A stretch of 63,317 bases of DNA, the filler included, from Rhabdomonas costata (lineage: Eukaryota): the NCBI GenBank assembly GCA_019059605.1. It is 29 parts of 29 records of this genome, joined end to end, with 100 filler letters (N's around TTAATTAATTAA, not from the genome) between each part and the next. Parts side by side here need not be neighbours in the genome. Positions count along the whole stretch, not along the records: positions 50,309 to 52,393 come from JAHMHO010005767.1; positions 52,494 to 54,578 come from JAHMHO010005768.1; positions 54,679 to 56,763 come from JAHMHO010005769.1; positions 56,864 to 58,948 come from JAHMHO010005770.1; positions 59,049 to 61,133 come from JAHMHO010005771.1; positions 61,234 to 63,317 come from JAHMHO010005772.1; 23 more parts are not named here. One strand, written 5' to 3'. The position numbers were made by a program, and so were the translations under genes. Positions 50,792 through 63,317 of this stretch are shown in pieces; the stretch's first letter is position 1, and each line of letters begins with the position of its first letter. Under the pieces are notes generated by a model. The model ran no database searches. It was given only the letters and a program-made list of their open reading frames with translations, and was not told the origin of the DNA.

Positions 50792-51464
50792 GATGAGGTT
50801 GATTTGAGCTTGCTGCTCTCCGTGATCTCGCCTCCCGTCACTGACGAGGAGGACGTGGAGTGGGAGCCCGCCCAGCTGTTCTCTCAGCTTGTATGAAGAC
50901 ACCAAGCAGTGAAGAGGGAAGGGGAAAGATGGAGGGATAATCCCCAGATCTTTTTTCACAAACAATTCGTAAGGTTCTTTTCACAAGGTCTTTTCATGAT
51001 CGAGGGAATATGGGAACTTTTACGAAGTAAGCAAACCTCTAAGGCGCTGCGGCACAGGAACATGAGGTAACACTTGTATTTGGTGCGTTTGAACCGTGTC
51101 TCATTGTTGTCGTTATGAAGTTGTGAAGTCATATTTTCAACTCGGTGCCCCCCCGTTTTGCTTGGCTGCGTTGGGTGAGCTTGTTGTGAAGTGGTGCCTC
51201 TTCTTCGCTGACGTTGCTATGCGGTTCTTTTTTGCGGATCGGTTGTGAAAGAGTGAAGCCAAGCCAACTCGGCTCGAGGTGTTGCCCCACGAGCTTTTCT
51301 GCGTGCTTTCTGGGATCTTTTTGGAAGGGTGGAGTTTGGGGGGGGGTTCCCATCAGGCTTCTGAGCTGCAGATGGAGCGGGACTCTGCAACGGTGCCCGA
51401 AGAGAAGCACAGCAGCTCGGGCGGCGCTGCCGCAGGCACCGTGGCCACCCCTTTGGCGGCGTAG
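50792..51464 (+). CDS. IFT43: Intraflagellar transport protein 43-like, last two exons (50792-50890, 51357-51464; first exon not in the ORF track)
   Basis: DEVDLSLLLSVISPPVTDEEDVEWEPAQLFSQL|ASEL resembles the IFT43 C-terminus (EIDLKLLTKVLAP...EDDVGWDWDHLFTEVSSE). Phase-0 GT-AG intron. Confidence 0.75.
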
Positions 51465-53529
51465 GCCGTAGATGTGTCTGTGCTGTACCCTGCTGTACTG
51501 TAGCGCGTACTGACTGTGTGTGTTTTTGTTTTGCACGTGATTTGTATGTTTGTTGTAAATCTCTGAAGAAATTCCACTGGTGCAGTGAAGGGTGGGTACA
51601 TCAGCATCACCATCACCCCACGAACCAGAAAGAACCACAGCGAATACCCATTTCGCGGCTGCGGGTTGCTCGTGGGCAGGGACAATTGTGGGTACGGGGG
51701 TGGAGCGTTAACCGTTTAGTAGTACTGGTGACTGGTTAGTGCATTTTAGCTTTTGTAAATAATTGGAATGGGTTACCACCACACCCCTTTTATGTTTCTG
51801 TCCTTCCTTCCAGTCGGTGCAACAATTCGCCATCAAGAGGCAAGGTGCAAATCTTTAAAAAGAAAACGACGCACATGCATACCCTGTACATGTGTGCGAG
51901 TGTTTGTAAATCTTTTTGCACGAAAGAAAAAGACGGAGGAGTGGGGAGAAATGGGGTCCTGCACACTGCACTGTTAGTGCCAGTCACCACTTAACAGGCC
52001 CCGTGGGCAGCAGGCTTGAGGGAAAACTCACATACAATCCTCTCTGCTCGCTCCCCTCCATGACGTCCAACACTGAGCTCACTGGGGCGCGACATTAAAG
52101 CGAAAGTGGAAAGCTGTACGCCGCCCTGAAGCTCTTACTTCCAAATCGGAAGTCAAATCACCAAACCACTTCACCAAGCCCCATGAAGTCACCATCCCTC
52201 CTCCTTATCCACCAGACTCGCACTGCAGACTTTGGAAAGTTACTTCGCCCCCTTCCCCCCCGCCTCCCCTAACTACATCGCAATGGCTGTTGTGGTTCCC
52301 CTTCGAGTCGTGGTCGTCTCGCTGTGCGTGCTCTCCGCTGGGCTTTGTTGGGGCCTCTGCTGGGCTGCACTGACCTGCGGAGGCCCCAAAACCNNNNNNN
52401 NNNNNNNNNNNNNNNNNNNNNNNNNNNNNNNNNNNNNTTAATTAATTAANNNNNNNNNNNNNNNNNNNNNNNNNNNNNNNNNNNNNNNNNNNNGGTGTGG
52501 GCGAGGATGCATTTGCGGTGGGGTGGATGTTATGCACGATGGGTGTGTCCGATGGGAAACCCGAGAGGCACTTGAAATGCCGGGAGAGGTGCGGCCTGTG
52601 TTTGGCTACGAAGGGGTTTCACGCTGGCGGGGGTGTTCCAGATCTGTTGCAGACGTGGAACGCCACCTCACCTGGGGCTCGCGCAAAAAAGGAGAGGGTG
52701 CGGTGATCCCGAGCGAGTCGGACAACGGACATACGCGCGAGCGCACACACGCAAACCAGAGGAACCAGAAGGAGAGAGTGCGTGGACATGATGGTGAAAG
52801 GGGTTCTGAACTGAGCAGTACGCTGACTCATGCGCTGCTGGAGTTACTGATTTTTCGACCGGAGGGTTGGGTCATAGAAAGGCACCACCTGCGCCTGCCC
52901 TTGGACGCGCTTCTGTGGGTTCTTTGCAACTGTGGGGTTGAGGTTGGCGAGGGGGGGGGGCTGGAAGAAAGGCAGGAAGTGAGGGAGAGAGCGAGAGAAG
53001 GAGAGGAGACAGCTGTACTTCTCAGGCTGTAAATGCGGGCTGATGCTGAGGGCGTGCGAGCGTTCTTCAAGGAATTGGTAATTCAACTACTGTGGTTTGA
53101 GTATGCGGGATGAGTGGCAATACTCTCCAGTTGAAGTGAATATTGGTCCACGGCATTATATAACGGACGATGCAACAAGGTGCCAAAATCGTTCAAACGG
53201 CGGTAACGGTACGCCGGTGCCCCCATCACCAAAGACGGGAGTGGGTGAGTGAGTGAGGGAGAGATAGAAAGGATAGAGGACATTAGGGGCAGTCAAAAAA
53301 CCATTAAATGTTGACGGCATGACAGCATCGATGAAATGATACTGAAAATTATCGGACGCGAAAAAATGGAGGAGAATGAAAATATCACTGAAATGGGTGC
53401 ATCTGAGTTCCCAGTTTGCTTCGTCGCTTTGCTGTTCCACGTGCTTGTTGACTGGATATAATGAAAGTCTCCCTTTTAACGTTAAGCGGGCCACACTAAT
53501 AAGTCGAACGCTAAGCGCCGAAGAGAAGC

Positions 53530-53703
53530 GAGAGAGCAGTTTAGCACGCGCCTGAATGGCGAGGATCTCGGTTGCCCACTCCGTGCACTGCTGCGGGGTG
53601 TCCGCGCGAAGGTGCACCGTGCGGCCCGTCTGCGGGCACTGCAGAGCCAGGCGGTTGGGGGAGGGCTGCAGCAGAACCATGCCGCGCACCTGAATAAGCT
53701 CCG
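53530..53703 (-). CDS. PH-domain C-terminal exon
   Basis: RLALQCPQTGRTVHLRADTPQQCTEWATEI fits the PH beta7-alpha pattern. Confidence 0.7.
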
Positions 53704-56370
53704 CTGCAAAAGAAAAGGAGAACAAGGGTAACCCAAAACGGTGATTCTCCCTCTCTGGTGGTTGTGCGCGTTTGGGCTTCTGTATTAGTGGTTTATTAGT
53801 GGTTTATTAGTGTATTAGTGGTTGTATTAGTGGCATCAGTGGAGTCCCTCGCTGGTTTTAGACCCTCCAACTTTTGCGGGGACACACAAGGTTTTTTGTC
53901 TGCTTTTGGAGGGCAGCGAGCGGATGGAACGAATGGGGTCGCAGGAGTGAAATGCAGATGTGCCGCGGTCCCGACTTGCTCAATCTGGTAAGATGATTTT
54001 GTTGCGTCGGTGTTCGCTTTAAGTTCGCTTTGCTTGAGGAAGGGTGAGTGGTACACCTCCATGCCAAATACAATGAAAGCAGGTCAAAACCACCCCACAA
54101 AACGCTCAAATCGGCGGATAATCGCCTGCAAAAACATGAAGTTTGGTCGATTTCAGGAAAGTCTTTTTTCCTCCTTGATCACACCATTTTGGACCCATTT
54201 CAGCGTATCCCACCAGTTTCGTCCCAAAATTGCCCAATGAAGGGTCAAAATGGTCGAGTGGAAGCTGCAAACCCCGCTTTTTGCGCTCTTCGACCCCAAA
54301 AATGGGGTGATAGGTCATCTTTTCCCGCTTAGACTACACGTCTTCTTTTTTATGTTTATACCCCCCAAAAAGAGGGTTTGAGGAAAAATCGCTAGTTGAC
54401 GAAAGGGGCCTGGCCAAATTGAGTGAGTACTGCCACCGAGCCTTCGAGTCGTCGGTCCGCTTACATTGGATAGCCCATAACCTGGGGAAGGCCATAACGG
54501 AGATTCGAAACGCTAAAGTTTGCCCATAGAAAGCATAGAAAGCACCTAAAGTCGGAAAACACAGAAAGACACCCAACANNNNNNNNNNNNNNNNNNNNNN
54601 NNNNNNNNNNNNNNNNNNNNNNTTAATTAATTAANNNNNNNNNNNNNNNNNNNNNNNNNNNNNNNNNNNNNNNNNNNNGGTTGGGGGGGGGATGAATCAA
54701 TTTCTACAACCCTTTTTGGCGACCCCGCTCATGGGCTCCTCATGGAACCTGAATTTGGGTTAGGCTGACCAGCTTGGGCTTTGTGGTGCATGTATACTTT
54801 ACTGTAATACCCTATTCCATGCGAATATACAGGATGATTCTCCGGGTATACTTCTAACATATGCCGTGTGGGGTGATGTCACAAGTTCTTACTTGTTTCG
54901 GACCTTTTGAGGGCCTGCATACTGAGCTTTCTGCCGGGCCTGCGTGGCATGCCCAAGACGGAAGCCCAGGAGCGCTTCATGCTTTTTCGTCTAACGTCAT
55001 GCACCGAAGTGTACAGGAATGCTTCCGTTTCTAGCGGTCTCAAAAGCCTCATATTGGCCCTTGTGGGGCTTTTCAGATATTTCGAGTTTTGCTGTCCTGC
55101 CAAGAATAGAACTGCGTGTTGGTTGGCCTACCCCTAACTTTTCACTTTTGAGCCCACTTCCTCACTTTTCGCCATGACTGTAATTAACCCTAAAACCAAA
55201 CATTGTTTCGCATAAGTTTGTGCTGTTGTCGCAACACTGCCGTGTTGGGAGTCACTTGCGCGGGTAGACAGATTGCTTTCCAGCGAACCGTCCTTCTTCT
55301 CGCTTTCGCCTTTTTTTTTTACTACTTTCTTTGCCTGCTCCTCCAATGGAAGCTGGCGGGATGCGGGATGCGGGATTTCGCTTGATGAGCGGCGGCTTCT
55401 TGCTTCTTCGCGGCTTCGCACAGGTCGATCCCTTGGCGCGCCCCTTAGCCTTCTCTCCGATTGCACGACCAAACTGATTGTCGTGCAATCGAGCAAGAGT
55501 AGAAAGCTCGTGTTATTCAATGACTGTGTCACACAAAGTGGGGCCGCGAGTATGCGTGTGTGTTGTGCTTCCATTTCTGCTTCCGAATTAGGCGCGTGGA
55601 GACAACGCAGGTTGGCGAGTCAGGCGCAAGAAGCTGTGTGCTGGCCATGACCATTGTGGGCCTAGGTCTTGCAACACCTATTTTGCTCGAGCTGGGAAGC
55701 GGGATTTTGCACCAATAGCTGTCCAACTTTTATGTTTGTTGTGAACACGGGAAAAACGTGAAAGCGAACTCTGCTTTTTCCTGTTTATGCCATTTGCAGA
55801 GGAACTCCGAGTTCGGACGCACATGCATTTTGCATTTTTCGCCAGTTGGTGGGATCGGGGGAAAAATTACATTTGAACAAACCCTAAGATGTCCTGCGAT
55901 GCTCCCTTACGGGTAACAGCGCAACACTCCTGGTGGCTCCGTAGTTCTTTATAACACCCCGCCGACTTCAGAGTTTCTCTGCAGTTCTGGTTTTTGGAAC
56001 ATGTTGATTCTGCCATGGTATTTGGTTTGGGTGGCAGGGACAGTGTCGATTTTGTATATGTTTGTGCGCGAAAGAAAATGTCATGGTTGGGTTGGTGTCC
56101 GTTTTCGCTGTTTTCTCGTAGTGCTGACAAGGACACCTGCACGTGCACCGGCATTTTTTTGCAGCGATTTTTCGGCTTTTCACCCCACCACCACCACCGA
56201 TGTCGAGATGCAGCCTCACAAGACGGTTAAGACAAGATCTGCGTTTTGACGTGAATCTCTTACAACTGCGCAATCACTGCAATGCAGAACACACATCACA
56301 AGCCCATTCCGGGAAGAAAAGCACAGAGAAACCCAAGTGCACACACCAATGAAGGCATTCATGCTGCGCC

Positions 56371-56626
56371 CTATCGTTTCAGGGCAGCGCACTCCTCCTT
56401 GCGGCACCCGAACCCGCAGTCGTTGCACAGAAAGGCCGGGCTCTTGCAGCTCCCCGTCCACTTCCCACATCGGCAGCAGTCGTCGCGGCGGCTTCCAAAC
56501 GAGCAGTCTCCGCAGAGCAGGGCTGGGGTCTTGCTACAGCCCATCCACCGCCCGCACACGCAGCAATCGTCTTTGCGTGAACCGAAGCTGCAGTCCGAGC
56601 ACAAATACGCGGGATCCCGGGCAAAG
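56371..56626 (-). CDS. PHF5A/Rds3-like zinc-binding protein with three closely similar 29-aa repeats (last exon)
   Basis: PAYLCSDCSFGSRKDDCCVCG / PALLCGDCSFGSRRDDCCRCG / PAFLCNDCGFGCRKEEC, compared with PHF5A RICDECNYGSYQGRCVICG. Confidence 0.7.
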
Positions 56627-59308
56627 CTGCGGCTGCATCTCGACATCGGTGGTGGTGGTGGGGTGAAAAGCCGAAAAATCGCTGCAAAAAAATGCCGGTG
56701 CACGTGCAGGTGTCCTTGTCAGCACTATGAGAAAACAGCGATTTTTCGGCTTTACACCCCCCCNNNNNNNNNNNNNNNNNNNNNNNNNNNNNNNNNNNNN
56801 NNNNNNNTTAATTAATTAANNNNNNNNNNNNNNNNNNNNNNNNNNNNNNNNNNNNNNNNNNNNTTTTCTTCCGGGAATCAACTTTTTGTTCTCTCCTTCC
56901 CGCCTTTTCTGCCTGCATCTGCACATTTGCTACGGTGGCCTGCAGAGGTGGGGTTCTGGTTTTGTCCGAATGTCCATAGGTGTCGGAAAACTCCTGGGAT
57001 GTGCGTTTCGTGGCCACCGATGAAGCCACGTCATGGTGTAAACACCCCGAAAACATGAGCAGCACTGCCTCTCTCTACTCGCCAGCGAGCATTTTTCTAC
57101 ACGACACCTTTATGCGTACGTAGCCCCTCGTGCACATAAAAAATGCTTGCCCAGTGTCTCCTTGGTGCTCCCAGGATACTTTTTTTTGCTTCTCAGTATC
57201 TCATGGTGTGTGTTTTGATTCTGCCCGTGGAAGGAATATAATGACAAAGTGTGGGGAATGGAATAAGGAGTGCAGGTCTGATCCATTTCCGCAGCGTGTC
57301 AATTCCAGTTCCTTGTCGGAGCCTCGCCCACTCAAGAGCGGCGTGGCCTGTCCCACTTGTGTCGCTATGTGTTTCGCCATCCCGCACCCACTTCCCTGCG
57401 TACTCCCTACCCTCCTTTCCGCTCCCTCTACTTACGCCGTTGCTCTACCTTTTTTCATGGGTGTGGGTTCAACTTCTTTCGTGGTTTCTCGCCTTCCTGA
57501 ACTTTTCAAAGAATAGCGAGAGTGTGTTTGAGAGAGGGATTTTGCTTTACTCCACCATCCGTCCCTCATTGTGCATACGTTCTGTTGGATTTTTATGCTC
57601 GCCCAGCTCCTCTACCTTTTTTGTGGCTCTTTGGCGGGGAATGAGTGACAGCCCATGCCGTCTGGCGGTTATATTGGAATGCACTGCTTTGACAGCTGCT
57701 GTTGCCATACCTGTTGCCTTTCCAACCCCACCTCATCTCACCTTACCTGCGCCCAATCCCCATTTCCGTCCTTAGGGCCCCTCAGGAACGAAGAAGTAAG
57801 ATGCGGTGCTTCTTCTATGTATGTGTTCTGATTCGTTGTACATTTGTTTGTCACTGGCCTCTCATTACCCCAAGACAGCCTTTTCCTGGGTTGTGTTTCC
57901 TCACCCCGATCTGGACGTAGAAGTTCTCTCTACTTCCATACTCGCAAGAACTCTACTTCTGACGACCGGGGAAATCACCTCTCTCCTTGTTCGTTTTGTC
58001 TCTGGCTGACTGGCTCCCGTAGTGAAGTGCTGTACGTGCAACGAGCTGGCGTCTTGCCGCGAGGTGATCTCCGTGGAAACCACGTAGAAAGCGTTAGTTC
58101 ACTGACAGTGACCGTTATCTGCGACACAACGCACCACAAGGCAAGTTGTCTCTTTCGGTTGTCCTGCGTTTAAGCAAAGCCTTTGCATGAGGTGGCCGTG
58201 AAAATTTTTAAGCAAATCTTGGCGAGCAGCATTCCCGATTTATCGATGTGGTTGAAGAACAATCTGGTAGTTCTTAACAAGACACGAGACAAGCACGCCG
58301 CAGCAGAATGACTGAGGATGCTCTACGGATTGTGAAGCAGCACGTTGGTGAGGCACATCCTCACATGATGGCCAGTCTAAGCAATCTTAAAGTCACGCCG
58401 CTGCGTAACCACTCAATGAGGAGGTCGTGAGGATTCGGAGCATGTTGATAAAGGCCGTCCAGACGTGGCTGCCAGTCTTGGAGATCTCGCATGTTTGTGG
58501 AGCAGATAGTCTCTCTCTCAAGTGTTGAGGATTTAACGGCTGCAGCATCGTGAGGACGACACCAACGTGACGGTCTGCCTCTGACCCTCTCGCAGATATC
58601 TCATTGTCCAAGGCTGTATTGCAATTGAGGTCTCTTATGTAGCAAAAAGTATGGGGGGAAATCTCATGCATGAGGCTGTCGTCCTTAATAAACTCGTGGG
58701 CCTGCACCTCGCTCAACCAACGCACCAATGCCACTGCATATGGAGGCCTTGGGGATTGCGAGCAGCCAGCTAGGTGGTGCCCCTCCTTCGTGCCCAATCG
58801 CATAATGCTATGTGACAACAGATACTCACTGCCGTGAACTTTGTGGTTGCCACCTTGTGGTCGCAATGCCGCGCCAACAGACCACCAAAACTTGCGCCAA
58901 TGCTGGACTGATGGGCAGAAAAACCCGCAAGAAAGAAGGAAACCAGGTNNNNNNNNNNNNNNNNNNNNNNNNNNNNNNNNNNNNNNNNNNNNTTAATTAA
59001 TTAANNNNNNNNNNNNNNNNNNNNNNNNNNNNNNNNNNNNNNNNNNNNTGTTGGTTGGGTTATGAGATGCTAAATAAAAACCGCATATCCCAATATTTGT
59101 CATAGCGACCACCAAGCTTTCCAGCGACCGCAACAAATCTCTGAAGTCGGGGGAGGGGGGCGCAGATGGGAGATAAGGCATAATTATAGCCCTCCTCAGA
59201 ACGCCTTTGCCTGTTGCGAGGAGGAAGGGTCGGTGACCAGCGCGATGTGCAATTCGTCTCTCTCATGCTTTGAAGTGTGTGTCTTTGAAGGGCGGATTTG
59301 CACGTCAT

Positions 59309-60730
59309 GGGGTGGGCGACAGGAAGCAGCATGCCCCAAGGCGAAGCTGCCGTGGCACTTGCATCCCGATGCTTCGCAAGTACCGTGGGGGCCGCAGGGA
59401 ACCCCCCCCACGATGGGGCAGTTGCAGATATCCCCCGTCCACCCGCTTGCGCAGGTCTTGCACGGCGGGACAGACGCTGCGCTCCAGTGCCTGCGGAGTT
59501 AGCAAGGGACAGAGGGTTCCCATCTAAAAAGCACGGCCTGTGATTCGTTATCGATCAGAAGGGAAACCACGTGAGAGTGGTTCGGGTTGGAGGATTGCAT
59601 CAAGACTGTGCGTGAAGCTTCAGGCAAAGAATATGAAACAGGTTGTGGAATAAGGGCGAAGCCGAAGCAGACCCGGGGTCTTTTGTACTTTTGTATGTAC
59701 AATGGGCCCCCCAAAACGCTGCGTAGGCCGGTCCTCAGGCCGGTACCCTCCCGTGGCCCTTGACGGCTCTTTCCTTAATTTTATTGAATCTTGTGCCGCT
59801 TTTTCCCCAGCGCAGGAGGATTTTCGACATTACCCACAACGTATGTGCAAAAAACCCATCTGCCTCTCGCGAAAGGGGGCCCAGGCAAATGACTCTACGC
59901 CGCCTGTTGCCCATCAAAATCACTCAGTCGATGCTGGCCGGTGCCAGGTCCACGACGTTTATGGAAAGAATTATTCACCTAAAGCTACTGGCCTGTGCTG
60001 AGACTGACCCTTCACTGCAGAATGGCGCCTGGGTCCAAGCATGAAGCGTTCCTGAATGAAGTTCTGCAGCTGTAATCTGTCTCTGCCCACATCTATCTCA
60101 CATCTCCTTTCCTGTTCCCTTTCATTCCTGACCGATATTCTTGATATGGAGGTTTCTTTAGCAATTCGCCTGTAGATGTGATAGTGTTTTTTCTCTAAGC
60201 CAGGCAGTCTGGCTCCAGTTGTGCCTGTGCACGTATTTATGCGTGCGGCAACTGAGGTGTTGGTAATTACGAATATATGAACCTGAACACAATCAAGGCT
60301 ACTTTTCAGTATACACGCCAATCTGCCCTCAAATGATTCCTGAACATCCATTGCTCAGCAATTATTGCTCGTGTGGACGTTGTACCAGACAGAGAGAGAA
60401 ACAGGGCACCCGCTCGCGAGGTCGGCCTTGCACTCGCACGCCCCGGAGGTGGCGCCGCAGGTCCCATGCCCACTGCATGGGATCTCTCCCCCCGTCTCCA
60501 CAGAGATCTCACACAGGCAGCCCAGGGCGGGGCTCACGAAGGACACCGTGGTGTTGGACAAGCACTTGTCGCAGATCGTGGTGGGGGTGGTTCCCGAGCT
60601 CGCCCAGAAGCCCCGGGTGAAGTCGGAGTAGCATACGCACCCGGAGGCCTGGCAGGTGCCGTGGGCCCCGCACTCCACTCCGTTGGTAACAGGGCAGTTG
60701 CACTTGGCCCCCTTCCACCCCGAGGCGCAG
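59309..60730 (-). CDS. EGF-like repeat extracellular protein, at least two exons
   Basis: CASGWKGAKCNCP..ECGAHGTCQASGCVC, CSGHGTCGATSGACEC and PCGPHGTCEASGCKC. Confidence 0.85.
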
Positions 60731-61233
60731 CTGATGGCAAGGGTGAGACAGGAAAAGAGATGTGCACCCCTCCGAACCGCAGCATATCCCCATTGCATAT
60801 GACAGAAACGCAACGAGAACTACCCACCAGGGCTTTCTCCCCGTGTCCAAGCAACCCCAAACCAAAATCTTCGCACGCTCAGAGTCTTCAGTGTTGATCG
60901 CAAGGGTATAGTGTTCCACCTCGATGGAGGACCGGAAACCGAAATCTCACAAAGGATGCGCAGTACCAGAGAGAAAAGTTGTTCCTGTGTGTGTTTTGCA
61001 AATGCAGAATTACATCAACAAGGTTACCCTACTACTTCTTGTTCAAAACTAGTTCAAACCCGCGACGCAATGTAGCGGCATCTCGACACAAGCATAGGGG
61101 AAGAAAAGCCGAGACAACGACGCACCCCACAAANNNNNNNNNNNNNNNNNNNNNNNNNNNNNNNNNNNNNNNNNNNNTTAATTAATTAANNNNNNNNNNN
61201 NNNNNNNNNNNNNNNNNNNNNNNNNNNNNNNNN

Positions 61234-62938
61234 TGTTTGTGGTGCAGTGGCTGATCCACCTGAGGCACGTGCACTACACAGACGAGGACAAAGCTGCGAG
61301 AGCGGGACTGCCCGTGCTGAAGGAGTTTGAGGACACCCTGCGGCATGCTTTGGACACCGATGTGACAGGTTGCTCTCCCCCTTCTCCTCCTCCTCCTCCC
61401 CACCACCACCACGGACTACATGGACGTATCAGCACCGCAGGCCAGCACCAGAGCATTACGAAGTTGTCAGGAAAAGTTGTCAGGAAGAGAGAAAGGTGCC
61501 CATTGTACAGCGGAAATTTATCGAGCCCACGAAGATGAGGCACAAGCGCACGTCGGTTGAAATGGTGGGTGGTACCTCCCTTCCATTCTGGGCGGCGGGG
61601 TCAGAACACGCACAAGCAACATAGCATAACACAAGCAACATAGCAGCAGGAGAAGATAAGAAAATGGCACACTTCGGCAGCTTTCTTCGTTGTTACTCTT
61701 GAAAGTGTATGTGAAGCTGCAGAGGCAAATGGATACCCATGCGCTTGCGCGTGTGCAGAGGAGGAGCAAAGGCGAAACCCACCGGCTCTCTCCAAGTCCG
61801 TGGTCAGCATGCTGGGACACTTCTTTGGACGGCTTTATCACTTCAATGACAATCTCCGGCAGGTCGTGCGGGGCTATCTCTCCCTTGCCCTTTGGTCGGG
61901 AAGGAGATGCGAGTATATATTCGTTTTCCTCTTCCTTTTCCAATGGCAATGTTGCCATGGATGTGCAGTCTGGAGCATTCAATCTTGCTCATTAAGCCAT
62001 ACTTTTTCTTGCTGGTTTGTAGGTGTGGTGCTCTTGTCTATCACTGAGCTTTTTCTTCATCTTCCAGACTGCAAAACAAAACATTCCAGTCGGATCATAT
62101 TAACCTTTCTGGCGAAATGCTGTCCAAACTTTTTCGAAATTTCCTGCCTTGCGCATTACTCGCTCGCAGCTTGCAAACACCGCAAATTAGTCCTGCTCTG
62201 CATTAAGTTGCCCTGCCACCTCCCTTGCATTTGTGGGGCTATGCTTTGTCCCCCCCCCCTCTTGCCCTCACCACAGTACTTCTCTGCCAACGAGGGAAGC
62301 TACGAGGGCTTTCGGAGGCGATGGGTGAACGGGAGGTTGAAAGCCTTCGCCTTTCCTGAGGGTAGCCCACGTGACCAGCCTCATCCCCCCCCCCCCCACA
62401 CACACACGCACACACTCTCTCTTTGGCTGCTGTCTCTCAAGTCTCGCCGACTCTGCTGTTCTTTTTCTTAAGAACTGGAACCGCTTTTTGGTGTATTTCG
62501 GTTTACCTGAAGCGCTGCTGCATTTGTTTGTCACTTTTAACTTTATACCAATGCGGATGCAAACCCTCAAATCATTCATTCGCTCACTCATACTGCTTTT
62601 ACCCGCTTCCCTAAAAAAAATTTCCAAAGCAGCTGTCGGAATAAGCCGGTGAAGAGTTGTGGTGGGGATGGCTATCAGGGGCGGACAACCTGCTGGCCTA
62701 CCACGAGGACGTGAAGAAGAAGTGGGCTCGCAAACGGCAGGAAATTGAGCTGGCCCGCCGCCGGAAGGCTGAGCTGAGCTGCGTCTTCAGCGACGGGGAC
62801 GACACCGCGGCCGCTGACGACGCCGCCAGCACCGGACCCACCTCCCCGCACGCCCTGCACCCCTCGCAGTCCATTCGATCGTTCCGAGGCAGGAAGGCCA
62901 AGCGGGGCTCGCTGAGCGTGTCCCCCAACCAGAGCTTC
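61234..62938 (+). CDS. Unknown protein, three probable exons (~61234-61368, 62277-62360, 62678-62938)
   Basis: GC-rich, AG/GT-bounded open segments. No family recognised. Confidence 0.5.
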
Positions 62939-63317
62939 GTAATATCGGCACGGGCCCCCTTCCCAGCTTGTTGCCCTGTCTTCATTTTTGAATCTGAACA
63001 AATCATTCCTCTCCTTCGGAACTGCACAGCTTTGCACTGAACATGTGCAACCCATTAAACAACCTCGACCTTTTATTCTACCTGATCCCGTGCGAAAGCT
63101 ACGACATGAAAGGATATTCAACTCGCCTGTGAACAAGAAGGCAAGAACACGCAGACCAAGTTTGTTGAGAGTGCTTGAAGGTAAGCGTAGTAGTTTGGCA
63201 TCTTCGCCATGCATTACCACCATACTCAAGCTTACATCAGGATAGAGGGATTATTCTTTGACTTTGGGACTGTTGTGAATGCTTTATGTGATGAATGGAC
63301 GGAATGGAAACACACAC

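Noticed and set aside
56105-56763. ~110-bp inverted repeat flanking the PHF5-like exon, suggesting a mobile cassette
   Set aside because: The second copy (from ~56631) lies at the contig end like the other fold-backs. The ORF-track N-terminus MHRHFFAA... is therefore spurious.
58393-58866. 157-aa ORF faintly resembling non-LTR reverse transcriptase (SPHTFCY)
   Set aside because: No DxxKAFD, QG or YADD motifs seen.
2090-61233. Regularly spaced TTAATTAATTAA motif resembling a repeat array or CRISPR
   Set aside because: It always sits inside N runs. It is an artificial six-frame-stop linker.
1-63317. Operon-like clustering of signalling genes, and most short ORFs in the track
   Set aside because: Contigs are concatenated by size, so adjacency is meaningless. 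Most short ORFs are intronic or antisense noise.

Overview
This window is not one locus. It is 29 unrelated, size-sorted contigs of about 2.08-2.09 kb joined by 100-nt artificial spacers (N44-TTAATTAATTAA-N44), so neighbourhood across spacers means nothing. Contig ends carry G/T-only primer remnants and fold-back chimeras typical of whole-genome amplification. 28 contigs look like an intron-rich flagellated eukaryote with mostly GT-AG introns, most likely a euglenozoan (euglenid or diplonemid). The evidence is a trypanosome-type PKA regulatory subunit, two euglenozoan-type adenylyl cyclases, IFT43 and PurH. Other host genes are OGT, two CAMK-group kinases, an NTPDase, aspartate aminotransferase, an ABCG exon, and WD40, ankyrin, filamin, PH and EGF proteins. 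One AT-rich, intronless contig (4379-6467) is a giant-virus (Mimiviridae-like) fragment with Rpb6, a perfect 18-bp hairpin after its stop codon, and a Cys-rich repeat protein. Best leads: (1) the giant virus recovered with this host; (2) a nucleoside-type PKA-R module joinable in frame to a second R module; (3) a three-fold-repeated PHF5A/Rds3-like zinc protein; (4) a SAYSvFN plus SEC-C fusion whose SEC-C exon the ORF track missed. All family calls come from motif recognition by eye, not database searches.
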